From NCBI GenBank assembly GCA_028712885.1, contig JAQTPK010000003.1, positions 11,129 through 75,128 of the forward strand: 64,000 bases of DNA. Reading direction: 5' to 3'. The DNA comes from Syntrophales bacterium. GTDB taxonomy: Bacteria > Desulfobacterota > Syntrophia > Syntrophales > UBA4778. Below the pieces are notes generated by a model. That model had not been told where the DNA came from. It saw only the letters and a list, made by a program, of their open reading frames with translations, and searched no databases. Positions 35,342-45,411 of this stretch are shown in pieces; within the stretch, counting starts at the first letter, position 1, and the number at the start of each line of letters is the position of its first letter. The translations under genes and the position numbers were made by a program.

Positions 35342-35520
35342 ATACAGAATGGCTGATTCATAGAGGTCAATACCTCCGTTCCTGCACCTTGCCCTGAGGT
35401 GCCTGGAACTGGAAGGAGGTGAACCAGAGAAGGGCAAAAAGAAAATCCATTCACGGGTAAAGGACAACGAAGAAAGACCGGCAGTATTCAGAAGAAAGCT
35501 AAATACGTATTACGCCCGCC

Positions 35521-35648
35521 TTACAGGCTGTCCAAAATTGCTCAGATGCAAGGCGCGCGAGGACGGGAAGCGCAGCGTACTTAAGCGTACGTGAGCATTC
35601 CCGCCCGGAGCGCAACGCAGCAGATGAGTGATTTTGGACAGCCTGTAA
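35521..35648. repeat. 128-bp long imperfect palindrome (MITE-like or structured RNA)
   Basis: 18-nt perfect termini ttacaggctgtccaaaat / attttggacagcctgtaa; the interior is partly self-complementary around a central gcgtacTTAAgcgtac. Confidence 0.7.
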
Positions 35649-35651
35649 AAT

Positions 35652-35676
35652 AAAAAAACCCGGCGGAATCGCCGGG
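35652..35676 (-). terminator. Rho-independent terminator downstream of tRNA-fMet
   Basis: CCCGGCG-gaat-CGCCGGG flanked by an A-tract (plus strand) = U-tract on the minus strand, 15 nt after the tRNA 3' end. Confidence 0.75.
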
Positions 35677-35690
35677 CTGTTTTTATTTTT

Positions 35691-35767
<77 letters not shown>

Positions 35768-35816
35768 TCAGTTTTAAGTAATAAGCATAACGGATAAGGC
35801 CCGAATTGTCAATGCA

Positions 35817-36815
35817 TTATTTACTTTTTCCGATCACCCGGTAAACGTCCCCGCGGCGGCTGATCCCCGGAAGTGAAACCCCGTCAAGCTTCTCCACCTC
35901 TATCCCGTCGATTTCCCGGCGCGTGTCCTCGCAGATCAGGATCTCCCCTTCCCCGGCGATGCTCTCCAGCCGGGAAGCGAGGTTCACGACCGATCCGAAT
36001 ACGGTATATTCTTTCTTCCTGTTCGATCCGAAGACGCCGGCCATCACTTCGCCCGTGCCGATCCCGATGCCGATGGAGAGATTGATCCCCCGCCCGGAGA
36101 GCTTCCGGTTGACTTCCTCCATCCGCTCCCGCATGGCCAGGGCGCTCAGGACCGCCCTCATCGCATCGTCGCCGGAAGAAAACGGCGCCCCGAAGATGCC
36201 CATGATGCCGTCCCCGATATGCTTGTCGAGGGTCCCGTCGAATTCGAAGATGATGTTGTCCAGCGGCCAGAAATAGCACGCGTTCAGCAGTTCGGAGATT
36301 TCGGCCGGCCCCATTTGCTCGGCAAGGCGGGAAAAGCCGCGGATGTCGCTGAAGAGGACGGCGGCTTTCCGGTTCACGGGGACAAGCGCGGTCTTTTCTC
36401 CCTGCAGGGCCGACAGGACCTGCTCGGAGACAAAGGGCTTCAGCCGCTTGCGAACGGCGCATTCGCGGATCCTTGACCTCAATTCCGAATTGTCAAAAGG
36501 CTTGGTCAGGAACCCGTCTATGCCGGCGTTGACGGATTCGATCGCGCTCTCCATGGTTGCATACCCGGTCAGGATAATCCGCGTTATTTCGGGATTGATC
36601 TTCTCGATCTCAACCAGCGTCTCGAGACCGTCGATTCCGGGCATGCGGAAATCGGAAACGGCGATTTCGATCTCATCGCAGTTTTCCCTGAGTACGTCCA
36701 GTCCGCGGAAACCGTTTTCCGCCTGGTAAACGGAATAACCTTCCCTCTCGAGGACTTTGCGGAGCGATCTCCGCACTCCCTCCTCGTCGTCGATGATCAA
36801 AATTCCGGTAGTCAT
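35817..36815 (-). CDS. Response regulator with class III adenylate/guanylate cyclase output
   Basis: REC: ILIIDDEEGVRRSL...AVSDFRMPGIDG...LTKPF. Cyclase: AAVLFSDIRGFSRLAEQM...FDGTLDKHIGDGIMGIFGAP...SIGIGIGTGEVMAGVFGS...YTVFGSVVNLASRLES. Confidence 0.85.
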   Translation of the reverse strand: MTTGILIIDDEEGVRRSLRKVLEREGYSVYQAENGFRGLDVLRENCDEIEIAVSDFRMPGIDGLETLVEIEKINPEITRIILTGYATMESAIESVNAGIDGFLTKPFDNSELRSRIRECAVRKRLKPFVSEQVLSALQGEKTALVPVNRKAAVLFSDIRGFSRLAEQMGPAEISELLNACYFWPLDNIIFEFDGTLDKHIGDGIMGIFGAPFSSGDDAMRAVLSALAMRERMEEVNRKLSGRGINLSIGIGIGTGEVMAGVFGSNRKKEYTVFGSVVNLASRLESIAGEGEILICEDTRREIDGIEVEKLDGVSLPGISRRGDVYRVIGKSK

Positions 36816-36816
36816 A

Positions 36817-37050
36817 AGTTTCAGGTTTCAGGTCTCAAGTTGTTAAAGATCGCCTGATCTGTTTCTGTTATGAACTGTCAAAATATTTTCCCTTTAAATC
36901 GGCGGCCGAAAAGAGCAAACCGATTTTTAAAAATAAAAAGGAGGGTAAAAACCCTCCTTATACTTAAAAAACTTTATTTTGTTTAAGTTTTACCAGTTAT
37001 GTTTTCACCCGCACCGGAATACTTGAAACTTGAGACCTGGGACTTGGAAC
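36817..37050. repeat. Inverted pair of S8 word repeats bracketing the ahcY terminator
   Basis: gtttcaggtttcaggtctcaagttgt (36817-36842) and acttgaaacttgagacctgggacttggaac (37021-37050). Confidence 0.7.
36921..36959 (-). terminator. Rho-independent terminator after ahcY
   Basis: AAGGAGGGT-tttt-ACCCTCCTT followed on the minus strand by TTTATTTTTAAAAA. Confidence 0.75.
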
Positions 37051-37053
37051 TAA

Positions 37054-39491
<2,438 letters not shown>

Positions 39492-39522
39492 ACCCTTGCT
39501 CTCCTTTCACACCATATTGATA

Positions 39523-40152
39523 TCAAGTCTCCGGCGGTTTTCGCTTCAGCGCCTCGGAAGGCTCGACAAGCCCGATCGAAATAATCAACCGGAACGCCTC
39601 CTCCACGCTCATGTCCAGGTCCACCACGCTCTTTTCAGGAATCATGAGGTAATAGCCCGAAGTCGGATTCGGCGTAGTGGGGACAAACACATTGATGCAA
39701 TCCTCCGACGTCTTTTCCTGGACTTCCCCCCGGGCCAAACCCGTTACAAAGCCGATTGTATACAATCCTTTGCTCGGAAATTCAACAAGAACGACGCGCC
39801 TGAAATTTCTCCCTTTTCCGCTGAAGAGGGAATCGACAATCTGTTTCGTGGGCTGGTAGATATTGCGGATGACGGGGATGCGGTTGAATACGTCCTGCCC
39901 CCAGCTGACCACCTTGCCTCCCAGGTAGCTCTGCGTCACCAGCCCCGCCATGAAGATGAGGATCATCGTAAAAATAAAACCGAGGCCGGGAATATGGAAA
40001 GAAAGGAGCCTGTCCGGATGAATGCCCGAAGGGATGATGGCAAGGATGTTATCCATCAACCCGATCAGGAATATCAGAACGTAAATGGTGACGCCCACCG
40101 GGACAACGACGGCCAGACCCGTCAAAAAGATTTTTTTCAGCTGTTTGCGCAT
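39523..40152 (-). CDS. DUF502-family membrane protein
   Basis: 209 aa; two N-terminal TM segments (IFLTGLAVVVPVGVTIYVLIFLIGL) and ...NVFVPTTPNPTSGYYLM motif typical of DUF502 (from memory). Confidence 0.6.
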   Translation of the reverse strand: MRKQLKKIFLTGLAVVVPVGVTIYVLIFLIGLMDNILAIIPSGIHPDRLLSFHIPGLGFIFTMILIFMAGLVTQSYLGGKVVSWGQDVFNRIPVIRNIYQPTKQIVDSLFSGKGRNFRRVVLVEFPSKGLYTIGFVTGLARGEVQEKTSEDCINVFVPTTPNPTSGYYLMIPEKSVVDLDMSVEEAFRLIISIGLVEPSEALKRKPPET

Positions 40153-40210
40153 GGAGGAAAAATAGACCCGAAGTAGAGCGCATCTTTAACAAAAAGATGC
40201 CGTATTATCA

Positions 40211-40240
40211 ATAAAAAAGGCGGGACGAAGCCGTCCCGCC
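40211..40240 (-). terminator. Rho-independent terminator after panD
   Basis: GGCGGGACG-gctt-CGTCCCGCC followed by TTTTTTA on the minus strand. Confidence 0.75.
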
Positions 40241-40266
40241 CGATTAAAAACAAGGCTGAAGAGCGA

Positions 40267-40641
40267 TCATTTCTTCTTTCCCGCCTGCTTCCGCCCTCTG
40301 GGCCGGTTTCCGTCCCTCATGTACACGCAGCGGGGAACCCAGCACTTTGCCTTTTCCTCGGCCATGGAGACGTAGCTCGCAATGATGATAATGTCCCCCT
40401 TCGAAGCCTTCCGCGCCGCGGCGCCGTTCAGGCAGATGACTCCCGAGTCCCTCGGGCCGCGGATGACATAAGTCGAGAAGCGCTCTCCGTTCGAAACGTT
40501 ATATATATCCACCTGCTCGAACTGATACAGATCGGCGGCGTCCATCAACGTCTCATCTATGGTAATGCTGCCCTCGTAATCGAGGTTTGCATCCGTTACG
40601 GTCACCCGGTGTAGCTTCGACTTCAGCATTGTGCGCTGCAT
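40267..40641 (-). CDS. panD: Aspartate 1-decarboxylase
   Basis: MQRTMLKSKLHRVTVTDANLDYEGSITIDETLMDAA with the self-processing G-S site (YEGS). Confidence 0.92.
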   Translation of the reverse strand: MQRTMLKSKLHRVTVTDANLDYEGSITIDETLMDAADLYQFEQVDIYNVSNGERFSTYVIRGPRDSGVICLNGAAARKASKGDIIIIASYVSMAEEKAKCWVPRCVYMRDGNRPRGRKQAGKKK

Positions 40642-40680
40642 AATAACCTCAAAAGTTCTGAGTTCTGAGTTCCGAGTTAT

Positions 40681-41541
40681 TCAGGGGATGCTCAGCGGCT
40701 CCCCGAACACATAGTTATCGATTAGCCGGGCTTTGCCGACCCGGACGGCGAGGGCGATCACCGCCTCGCTCTTTAATGCGTCCATGTCTTTCATCGTGTC
40801 CGTGTCGCAGATCTGGACGTAATCGATCCGGGTATGCGGAAAGCTTTTGATGTATCCGGTAACTTCTTCTATTATCCTCGCGGCGTTCCTTTCCCCGCCG
40901 TCGTACATCTGTTTTGCCTTTTTCAGGGAGCGGCTCAGGCTGAGGGCCGATTCCCTCTCTTCCGGCTTGAGATAGGTGTTCCGGGAACTCATGGCCAGCC
41001 CGTCTTTTTCCCGGACGGTCGGCAGCCCGACGACCTCCATATCCATGTTAAGGTCCTTGACCATCCTCTTAATGGTAACGAGCTGCTGGTAATCCTTTTT
41101 CCCGAAAAAAGACACGTGCGGCTTGACGATATTGAAAAGCTTCGCGCAGACGGTGGCCACTCCCCGGAAGTGCCCCGGCCTGGAAAGGCCGCAGAGGTTC
41201 CGGGTCACGCCTTCGACGTCGACGTACGTCTGGTAGTTCTCGGGATACATCTCCCGGTCCGGTGGAAAAAGGATCACGTCCGCCCCGACGCTTTCGCACA
41301 GCTTCCTGTCTTTTTCAAAATCCCTCGGATAACTGCTCAGGTCCTCGCTCGGCCCGAACTGGGTGGGATTGACGTAAATGCTTATGGTCAGGCAGTCGCC
41401 CCGGCTCCGTCCCTCCCGCATCAGGCTGAGATGGCCTTCATGGAGATAGCCCATTGTGGGGACGAAGGCGATGCGGTGCTCGGTGTTTCTCAGGGCCTCA
41501 GAGTACTCCTGCATTTCCTTGACGGATTCTATGATTCTCAT
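40681..41541 (-). CDS. panC: Pantoate--beta-alanine ligase
   Basis: IAFVPTMGYLHEGHLSLMR, VSIYVNPTQFGP, GHFRGVATVCAKLFNIV, FGKKDYQQL. Confidence 0.92.
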   Translation of the reverse strand: MRIIESVKEMQEYSEALRNTEHRIAFVPTMGYLHEGHLSLMREGRSRGDCLTISIYVNPTQFGPSEDLSSYPRDFEKDRKLCESVGADVILFPPDREMYPENYQTYVDVEGVTRNLCGLSRPGHFRGVATVCAKLFNIVKPHVSFFGKKDYQQLVTIKRMVKDLNMDMEVVGLPTVREKDGLAMSSRNTYLKPEERESALSLSRSLKKAKQMYDGGERNAARIIEEVTGYIKSFPHTRIDYVQICDTDTMKDMDALKSEAVIALAVRVGKARLIDNYVFGEPLSIP

Positions 41542-41583
41542 TCACTTCCCCGGAATTTCAGGCATTTACCGGTCCTGGGGACG

Positions 41584-41616
41584 CAAAAAAAGCCTGCCGT
41601 CCCCGGGACGGCAGGC
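41584..41616 (-). terminator. Rho-independent terminator between ilvB and panC
   Basis: GCCTGCCGTC-ccggg-GACGGCAGGC followed by TTTTTTT on the minus strand. Confidence 0.7.
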
Positions 41617-41813
41617 CTGTTTTCCGTCATTAGCTGCACCTACCTCCGTCCCAGTCCGGCCATGCGGATCCAGGCGGTCAAATCTTTTCCTACCAAAAGA
41701 CATCGGGGAATGTCAACAACAATTAGCCTCAGGTCTCAAGTTTACACTCGATTTCTGTCTTTATTAAAGTTAAATCCCCCTTCCCCCCTTGAGGCTGTGT
41801 CATAATAGGAATC

Positions 41814-41892
41814 GTCATACCGGCGAAAGCCGGTATCCAGAACTTACTGAAAGTAATGGATTCCGTGCCGCGCTTCGCTTGCACGGAATGAC
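41814..41892 (+). mobile_element. 79-bp GTCATxCC...GGAATGAC hairpin element (family F2)
   Basis: gtcataccggcgaaagccggtatccag + attccgtgccgcgcttcgcttgcacggaatgac. The 27-nt core recurs at 49583-49609 (gtcattccggcggaagccggaatccag). It explains the artefactual ORF 41729-41974 (..IPAFAGMT..). Confidence 0.75.
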
Positions 41893-41942
41893 AGAAAAGG
41901 AATTGCGACGCAGCCTCCTTTACCAAAGGGGGGAAAGACAGA

Positions 41943-41980
41943 CTACCTATCCTCGCACCTTCGCATTTTCGCAATTTCGA
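41943..41980. repeat. S4 word repeat (reverse orientation) abutting the ilvB stop
   Basis: ctacctatcctcgcaccttcgcattttcgcaatttcga = reverse complement of the cgaagatgcgaggatagg type. Confidence 0.7.
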
Positions 41981-43693
41981 TCAGTTCACCATCCCCCTTG
42001 CCCCCAGCGTCATTTCCCGGATAGAGCCGCCCGGGCGCACCATCGGGAAAACGCATTCTTCGCGGTCCACCTGGAAATCCATCAGGCACGGCCCCGGATG
42101 CCCGAGCCCCTGCCTGAGCACCGGCTCCACTTCGTCGGGCCTTGTCGCGCGGAGACCCAGGATTCCGTAAGCCCCGGCGACCCTGACGAAATCGGGAGAC
42201 GCCGACATGTCCGTCTGCGAATAGCGCTTTTCGTAATAAAGCTCCTGCCATTGCCGGACCATCCCCAGGTAGCCGTTGTTGAGAATGACGATTTTGACCG
42301 GGATCCGGTACTGCATGAGCGTGCCAAGCTCCTGGATATTCATCTGGATGCTGCCGTCCCCGGCAATATCGACCACGAGCCGGTCCGGGAAAGCGAGCTG
42401 CGCGCCCATCGCGGCAGGGAGCCCGTATCCCATCGTGCCCAGGCCGCCCGAAGAGAGGAAAGTATTGGGCTCCTCGAAACTGTAAAATTGGGCCGCCCAC
42501 ATCTGGTTCTGGCCCACCTCTGTGGCGATGACGGCGTTCCCGCCCGCCAATCGCCCGAGCGCCTCGACGACATACTGCGGTTTGATTGCGCTTGAGTTTC
42601 TGCAATATGTCAGAGGATGATCTTTTTTCCATCCGGAAATTCGGTCGAGCCACTCTTTCCTGTTCCCGTTCCGCGATGTGTTTCCTGACCCGGCCAGAAT
42701 GAGATTCAACTTTTTGAGAGCGGCTGCGCAATCGCCCACCAGGGGGAAATGGACGGATACGTTCTTGTTGATGGAAGAGGGGTCGATATCGATGTGGGCG
42801 ATGCGGGCGTCCGGCGCGAAGGTCTCGATCCTGCCGGTAACGCGGTCATCGAAGCGCACTCCCAAAGCGATCATGAGATCGCAATGGCTGATTGCCATGT
42901 TCGCGTAATAAGTCCCGTGCATCCCCGGCATGCCCAGCCAGAGGGGGTCCGACCCGGGGAAGGCTCCCAGTCCCATCAGAGTGGAGGTGACGGGGATCCC
43001 TGTTCGGCCGGCAAATTTCCGGAGCTCGCGGGATGCGCCGCCCGTGATGATGCCGCCTCCGGTAAGGAGAAGCGGCCGCTCGGCCTCGCCGATCAGGTCC
43101 AGAATCATCCTCAGCCTGCCTTCCGGTATTTCATCTTTTGCAGCCTCCCGCTCCGGGGGCGTGGTCCCTGCAAAAGGATCCCGGTCCATTGAGGCGGAGA
43201 TTACGTCACTCGGCAGGTCCACCAGGACGGGGCCGGGTCTTCCCGTGCGGGCGATATGAAAAGCGTCACGGACGGTCCCGGCGATGTCTTCAACGCGCCG
43301 GATCTGGAAATTGTGCTTCGTGCACGGCCGGGTTATGCCGACGATATCGACCTCCTGGAAGGCATCCGTCCCGATCAGTGTCGTCGGCACCTGGCCCGTG
43401 AAGACTACCACCGGAATCGAGTCCAGATAAGCATTGGCGATACCCGTTACCGTATTGGACGCCCCCGGCCCCGAGGTCGCCAGGGCTACCCCGACGCGGC
43501 CTGACGCCCGCGCGTAACCGTCCGCCGCGTGCACTGCGCCCTGTTCATGCCTGACGAGAATGTGGCGGATGGAGCCCGTCCTTTCCAGCTCGTCGTAGAT
43601 ATCGATTACCCGTCCGCCCGGATAGCCGAAAATCAAAGCGACTCCTTCGCGCTCCAGGCTCTCGATAAAAATCCTTGACCCTTTTTTTTTCAT
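41981..43693 (-). CDS. ilvB: Acetolactate synthase (acetohydroxyacid synthase) large subunit
   Basis: 570 aa; IFGYPGGRVIDIYDEL, VRHEQGAVHAADGYARASGRVGVALATSGPGASNTVTGIANAYLDSIPVVVFTGQV, GLGTMGYGLPAAMGA, DGSIQMNIQEL...ILNNGYLGMVRQWQ. A Val-rich leader lies upstream. Confidence 0.9.
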   Translation of the reverse strand: MKKKGSRIFIESLEREGVALIFGYPGGRVIDIYDELERTGSIRHILVRHEQGAVHAADGYARASGRVGVALATSGPGASNTVTGIANAYLDSIPVVVFTGQVPTTLIGTDAFQEVDIVGITRPCTKHNFQIRRVEDIAGTVRDAFHIARTGRPGPVLVDLPSDVISASMDRDPFAGTTPPEREAAKDEIPEGRLRMILDLIGEAERPLLLTGGGIITGGASRELRKFAGRTGIPVTSTLMGLGAFPGSDPLWLGMPGMHGTYYANMAISHCDLMIALGVRFDDRVTGRIETFAPDARIAHIDIDPSSINKNVSVHFPLVGDCAAALKKLNLILAGSGNTSRNGNRKEWLDRISGWKKDHPLTYCRNSSAIKPQYVVEALGRLAGGNAVIATEVGQNQMWAAQFYSFEEPNTFLSSGGLGTMGYGLPAAMGAQLAFPDRLVVDIAGDGSIQMNIQELGTLMQYRIPVKIVILNNGYLGMVRQWQELYYEKRYSQTDMSASPDFVRVAGAYGILGLRATRPDEVEPVLRQGLGHPGPCLMDFQVDREECVFPMVRPGGSIREMTLGARGMVN

Positions 43694-43702
43694 GCGACAC
43701 CT

Positions 43703-43744
43703 CCAAAAACAAAAGAGCCGTTACCCCGCCGGGTAACGGCTCTT
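43703..43744 (-). terminator. Attenuator terminator of the ilvB leader
   Basis: AAGAGCCGTTACCC-ggcg-GGGTAACGGCTCTT followed by TTGTTTTT, ending about 10 nt before the ilvB SD GGAGG. GCCGGGT at the leader 3' end can pair with ACCCGGC of the terminator left arm (antiterminator). Confidence 0.75.
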
Positions 43745-43769
43745 AACTTAGATGAATACGGTCAGACCA

Positions 43770-43835
43770 TCACCCGGCTCCTGTTGAGGGAGTAACGACT
43801 ACTACTACGATCCGGAGGATGGATATGGCTTTCAT
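43770..43835 (-). CDS. ilvB leader peptide, 21 aa (MKAISILRIVVVVVTPSTGAG)
   Basis: ATG 43835 with AGGAA upstream. Codons ATC GTA GTA GTA GTC GTT give Ile plus five consecutive Val. Stop TGA at 43772-43770, 25 nt before the terminator hairpin. Too short for the ORF track. Confidence 0.7.
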   Translation of the reverse strand: MKAISILRIVVVVVTPSTGAG

Positions 43836-43853
43836 TTTCTATTCCTGAAAAAT

Positions 43854-43883
43854 TCTATAACAGAAGCGTATCGGGAAAATCAA
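43854..43883 (-). promoter_or_regulatory. Candidate promoter of the ilvB leader (TTGATT-18 nt-TATAGA)
   Basis: Minus-strand reading cTTGATTttcccgatacgcttctgtTATAGAat, about 20 nt upstream of the leader ATG. Confidence 0.3.
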
Positions 43884-43903
43884 GCACCAAATTTCACTCT
43901 TTA

Positions 43904-44018
43904 TCAATCAGTCCAAAAGATTTCTCATCCGCCGCGGCGGATTCGAAATGACATTTAAGACGCGCTCAGGATGGTGCTTTTTTTAAAACACCTTACGCCT
44001 TACTCCTCACTCCTTACG
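43904..44018. repeat. 115-bp composite repeat, left inverted copy (half MITE + linker + S6 words)
   Basis: tcaatcagtccaaaagatttctcatccgccgcggcggattcgaaatgacatttaagacgcgctcaggatggtgctttttttaaaacaccttacgccttactcctcactccttacg = reverse complement of 46219-46334 with a few differences. Confidence 0.85.
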
Positions 44019-44094
44019 TAACACCTGACGCCCAACGCCTGACGCCTGACGTCCAACCGTCTAACGTCCAACCGTCTAACGTCTAACGTCTAAA
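44016..44094. repeat. S7 word-repeat array
   Basis: acgtaacacctgacgcccaacgcctgacgcctgacgtccaaccgtctaacgtccaaccgtctaacgtctaacgtctaaat; about ten degenerate 7-8-mers, ending at the stop of the HD gene. Confidence 0.8.
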
Positions 44095-44096
44095 TA

Positions 44097-44657
44097 TTAC
44101 ATCCCGATCCGGCCGCTGATTCCATTCATGGCATCGAGAGAGAGTTGGACAAATTCGTCCAGCGGGATCCCGATTTTCTCGCATTCGCGGATGTATTCCC
44201 GGTTTACGGACGCGGCAAACGCCTTCTCCTTCATCCGTTTCACGACCGATTTCGGCTTGACGCTCGCGATTTTCCTGTCGGGATAGACCATGGCGGTTGC
44301 GATGATCAGGCCGGTGATGGTCTCTCCGGCGGCGAGCGCGTGCTGGAATTCCGTGCTCCGCGGCGCTCCTGCAGCCGTTTCGTTGTGCATTTTGATCGCG
44401 TCGATTATCTCGGGATCAACATTTTTCTCCTTCAGGATCTTCTCCGCTTCGAGCCCGTGCACGGCGAGATCGGCATTGACGATCTCCACGTCCAGATCGT
44501 GCAGGAGTCCCGCGATGCCCCATTTTTCCTCGTCCCGGCCGAGCTTCCGGGCCAGTGCCCTCATTACGGCCTCTGAAGCGAGGCAGTGATTTATCATCCT
44601 CTCGTTTTTGACGTACTGGTTCAGAAGCTCAAACGCTTCTTCTCTCGATAAAGTCAT
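44097..44657 (-). CDS. HD/HDIG-domain metal-dependent phosphohydrolase
   Basis: ATG 44657 (track start 44717 runs into the repeat array). MTLSREEAFELLNQYVKNERMINHCLASEAVMRALA...GLLHDLDVE...MHNE. Confidence 0.75.
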   Translation of the reverse strand: MTLSREEAFELLNQYVKNERMINHCLASEAVMRALARKLGRDEEKWGIAGLLHDLDVEIVNADLAVHGLEAEKILKEKNVDPEIIDAIKMHNETAAGAPRSTEFQHALAAGETITGLIIATAMVYPDRKIASVKPKSVVKRMKEKAFAASVNREYIRECEKIGIPLDEFVQLSLDAMNGISGRIGM

Positions 44658-44682
44658 AATAACCCCCTGCCGTTCATGAAGT

Positions 44683-44838
44683 AAAATCCCAAATAACAAA
44701 TTCCAAATCCCAAACAATATCGAATTTCAAAATTCAAATAACCAAAACCCTGGGCAGCGGAGTTCGATTGATTCGCTTTTTGAAATTTGGGATTTCGTGC
44801 TTGTTCGGAATTTGGTGCTTGGAATTTGGATTTTGGTA
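44683..44838. repeat. Inverted pair of S10 word repeats (aaatccc type)
   Basis: aaaatcccaaataacaaattccaaatcccaaacaat...(44683-44750) versus tgaaatttgggatttcgtgcttgttcggaatttggtgcttggaatttggattttggta (44781-44838). Confidence 0.75.
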
Positions 44839-44907
44839 GCATATTCGGCCTGGCAATTCAACTCCCGCGCCGATTGTAACCCGGTTACTTGCCGGGAAAC
44901 CATTCAT

Positions 44908-44936
44908 TTGACAGGAGTTTCCCTTTAAGGTATTGA
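44908..44936 (+). promoter_or_regulatory. Candidate promoter giving a leaderless queD mRNA (TTGACA-17 nt-TATTGA)
   Basis: TTGACA 44908-44913, 17-nt spacer, TATTGA 44931-44936; the queD ATG is at 44944 with no SD in between. Confidence 0.35.
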
Positions 44937-44943
44937 TTTCTTC

Positions 44944-45327
44944 ATGTACGAGGTGACGATAAAGAGGCATTTTTCGGCCGCCCATATGCTGCGGGACATC
45001 GGAGGCAAATGCGAGATGCTGCACGGCCATAACTTTGTCGTGGAGGTATCGGCAAGCGCGCCCGGACTCGGCGAAGACGGGCTGCTCATCGACTTCAGGA
45101 AACTGAAGCGCTGGACGGAAGAAGCGATCGGCGCGCTCGACCACAAATGTCTGAACGAACTGGAAATGTTTCAAAACAGGAACCCGTCTTCCGAACAGAT
45201 CGCCGCCTACATATACGGGTTCGTCGCCGGGCAGGCAAAGTCAAGCCCCGTCCGCATCTCCCGGGTAACCGTCTGGGAGTCGGAAGACGCCCGGGCCTCA
45301 TATTCGGAACAAATAAAGGGGTCATAG
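44944..45327 (+). CDS. queD: 6-carboxy-5,6,7,8-tetrahydropterin synthase
   Basis: 127 aa; FSAAHML...CEMLHGHNFVVEV, LDHKCLNE; typical QueD/PTPS-I motifs. Confidence 0.88.
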   Translation: MYEVTIKRHFSAAHMLRDIGGKCEMLHGHNFVVEVSASAPGLGEDGLLIDFRKLKRWTEEAIGALDHKCLNELEMFQNRNPSSEQIAAYIYGFVAGQAKSSPVRISRVTVWESEDARASYSEQIKGS

Positions 45328-45328
45328 G

Positions 45329-45398
45329 TCAGGGGTTATGGGTCTGATACCCAACACCCAACACCCAACACCCATTACCCATTACCCATAACCCCTGA
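45329..45398. repeat. Hairpin built from S5 words inside the queD-folE2 spacer
   Basis: tcaggggttatgggt (45329-45343) pairs with acccataacccctga (45384-45398); the loop contains cccaacacccaacacccaacacccattacccatta. Confidence 0.8.
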
Positions 45399-45411
45399 AC
45401 CGGTAGCAAAT

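Noticed and set aside
35252-35520. Search for an integrase/excisionase remnant between abiEi and the tRNA.
   Set aside because: Translating this region by eye, I found no ORF of meaningful length and no recognisable tyrosine-recombinase motif. The islet is therefore described as integrase-less.
39492-40266. SAM or SAH riboswitch upstream of metK/ahcY.
   Set aside because: metK is only 31 nt downstream of the DUF502 gene and overlaps ahcY. The 40153-40266 gap is occupied by the panD terminator and a short hairpin, leaving no room and no recognisable riboswitch core.
41584-41717. Independent sRNA driven by TTGACA at 41712-41717 (minus strand) and ending at the 41584-41616 terminator.
   Set aside because: The best -10 candidate (TAGGAA) lacks the conserved final T and matches 3 of 6 positions. 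The terminator is adequately explained as the ilvB terminator. It is kept only as a low-interest note.
41729-41974. Small ORFs inside repeats: 41729-41974 (..IPAFAGMT..), 49568-49783 (..VIPAEAGIQ..), 28455-28679, 28182-28415, 44654-44842, 55461-55646.
   Set aside because: They are entirely encoded by hairpin elements or word arrays that recur in non-coding contexts and in both orientations. There are no SDs and no family motifs.
44860-44943. preQ1 riboswitch upstream of queD.
   Set aside because: Only short generic hairpins are present (cccgg-ttacttg-ccggg). There is no A-rich tail/pseudoknot pattern of preQ1-I or -II, and the putative promoter leaves no 5'-UTR.
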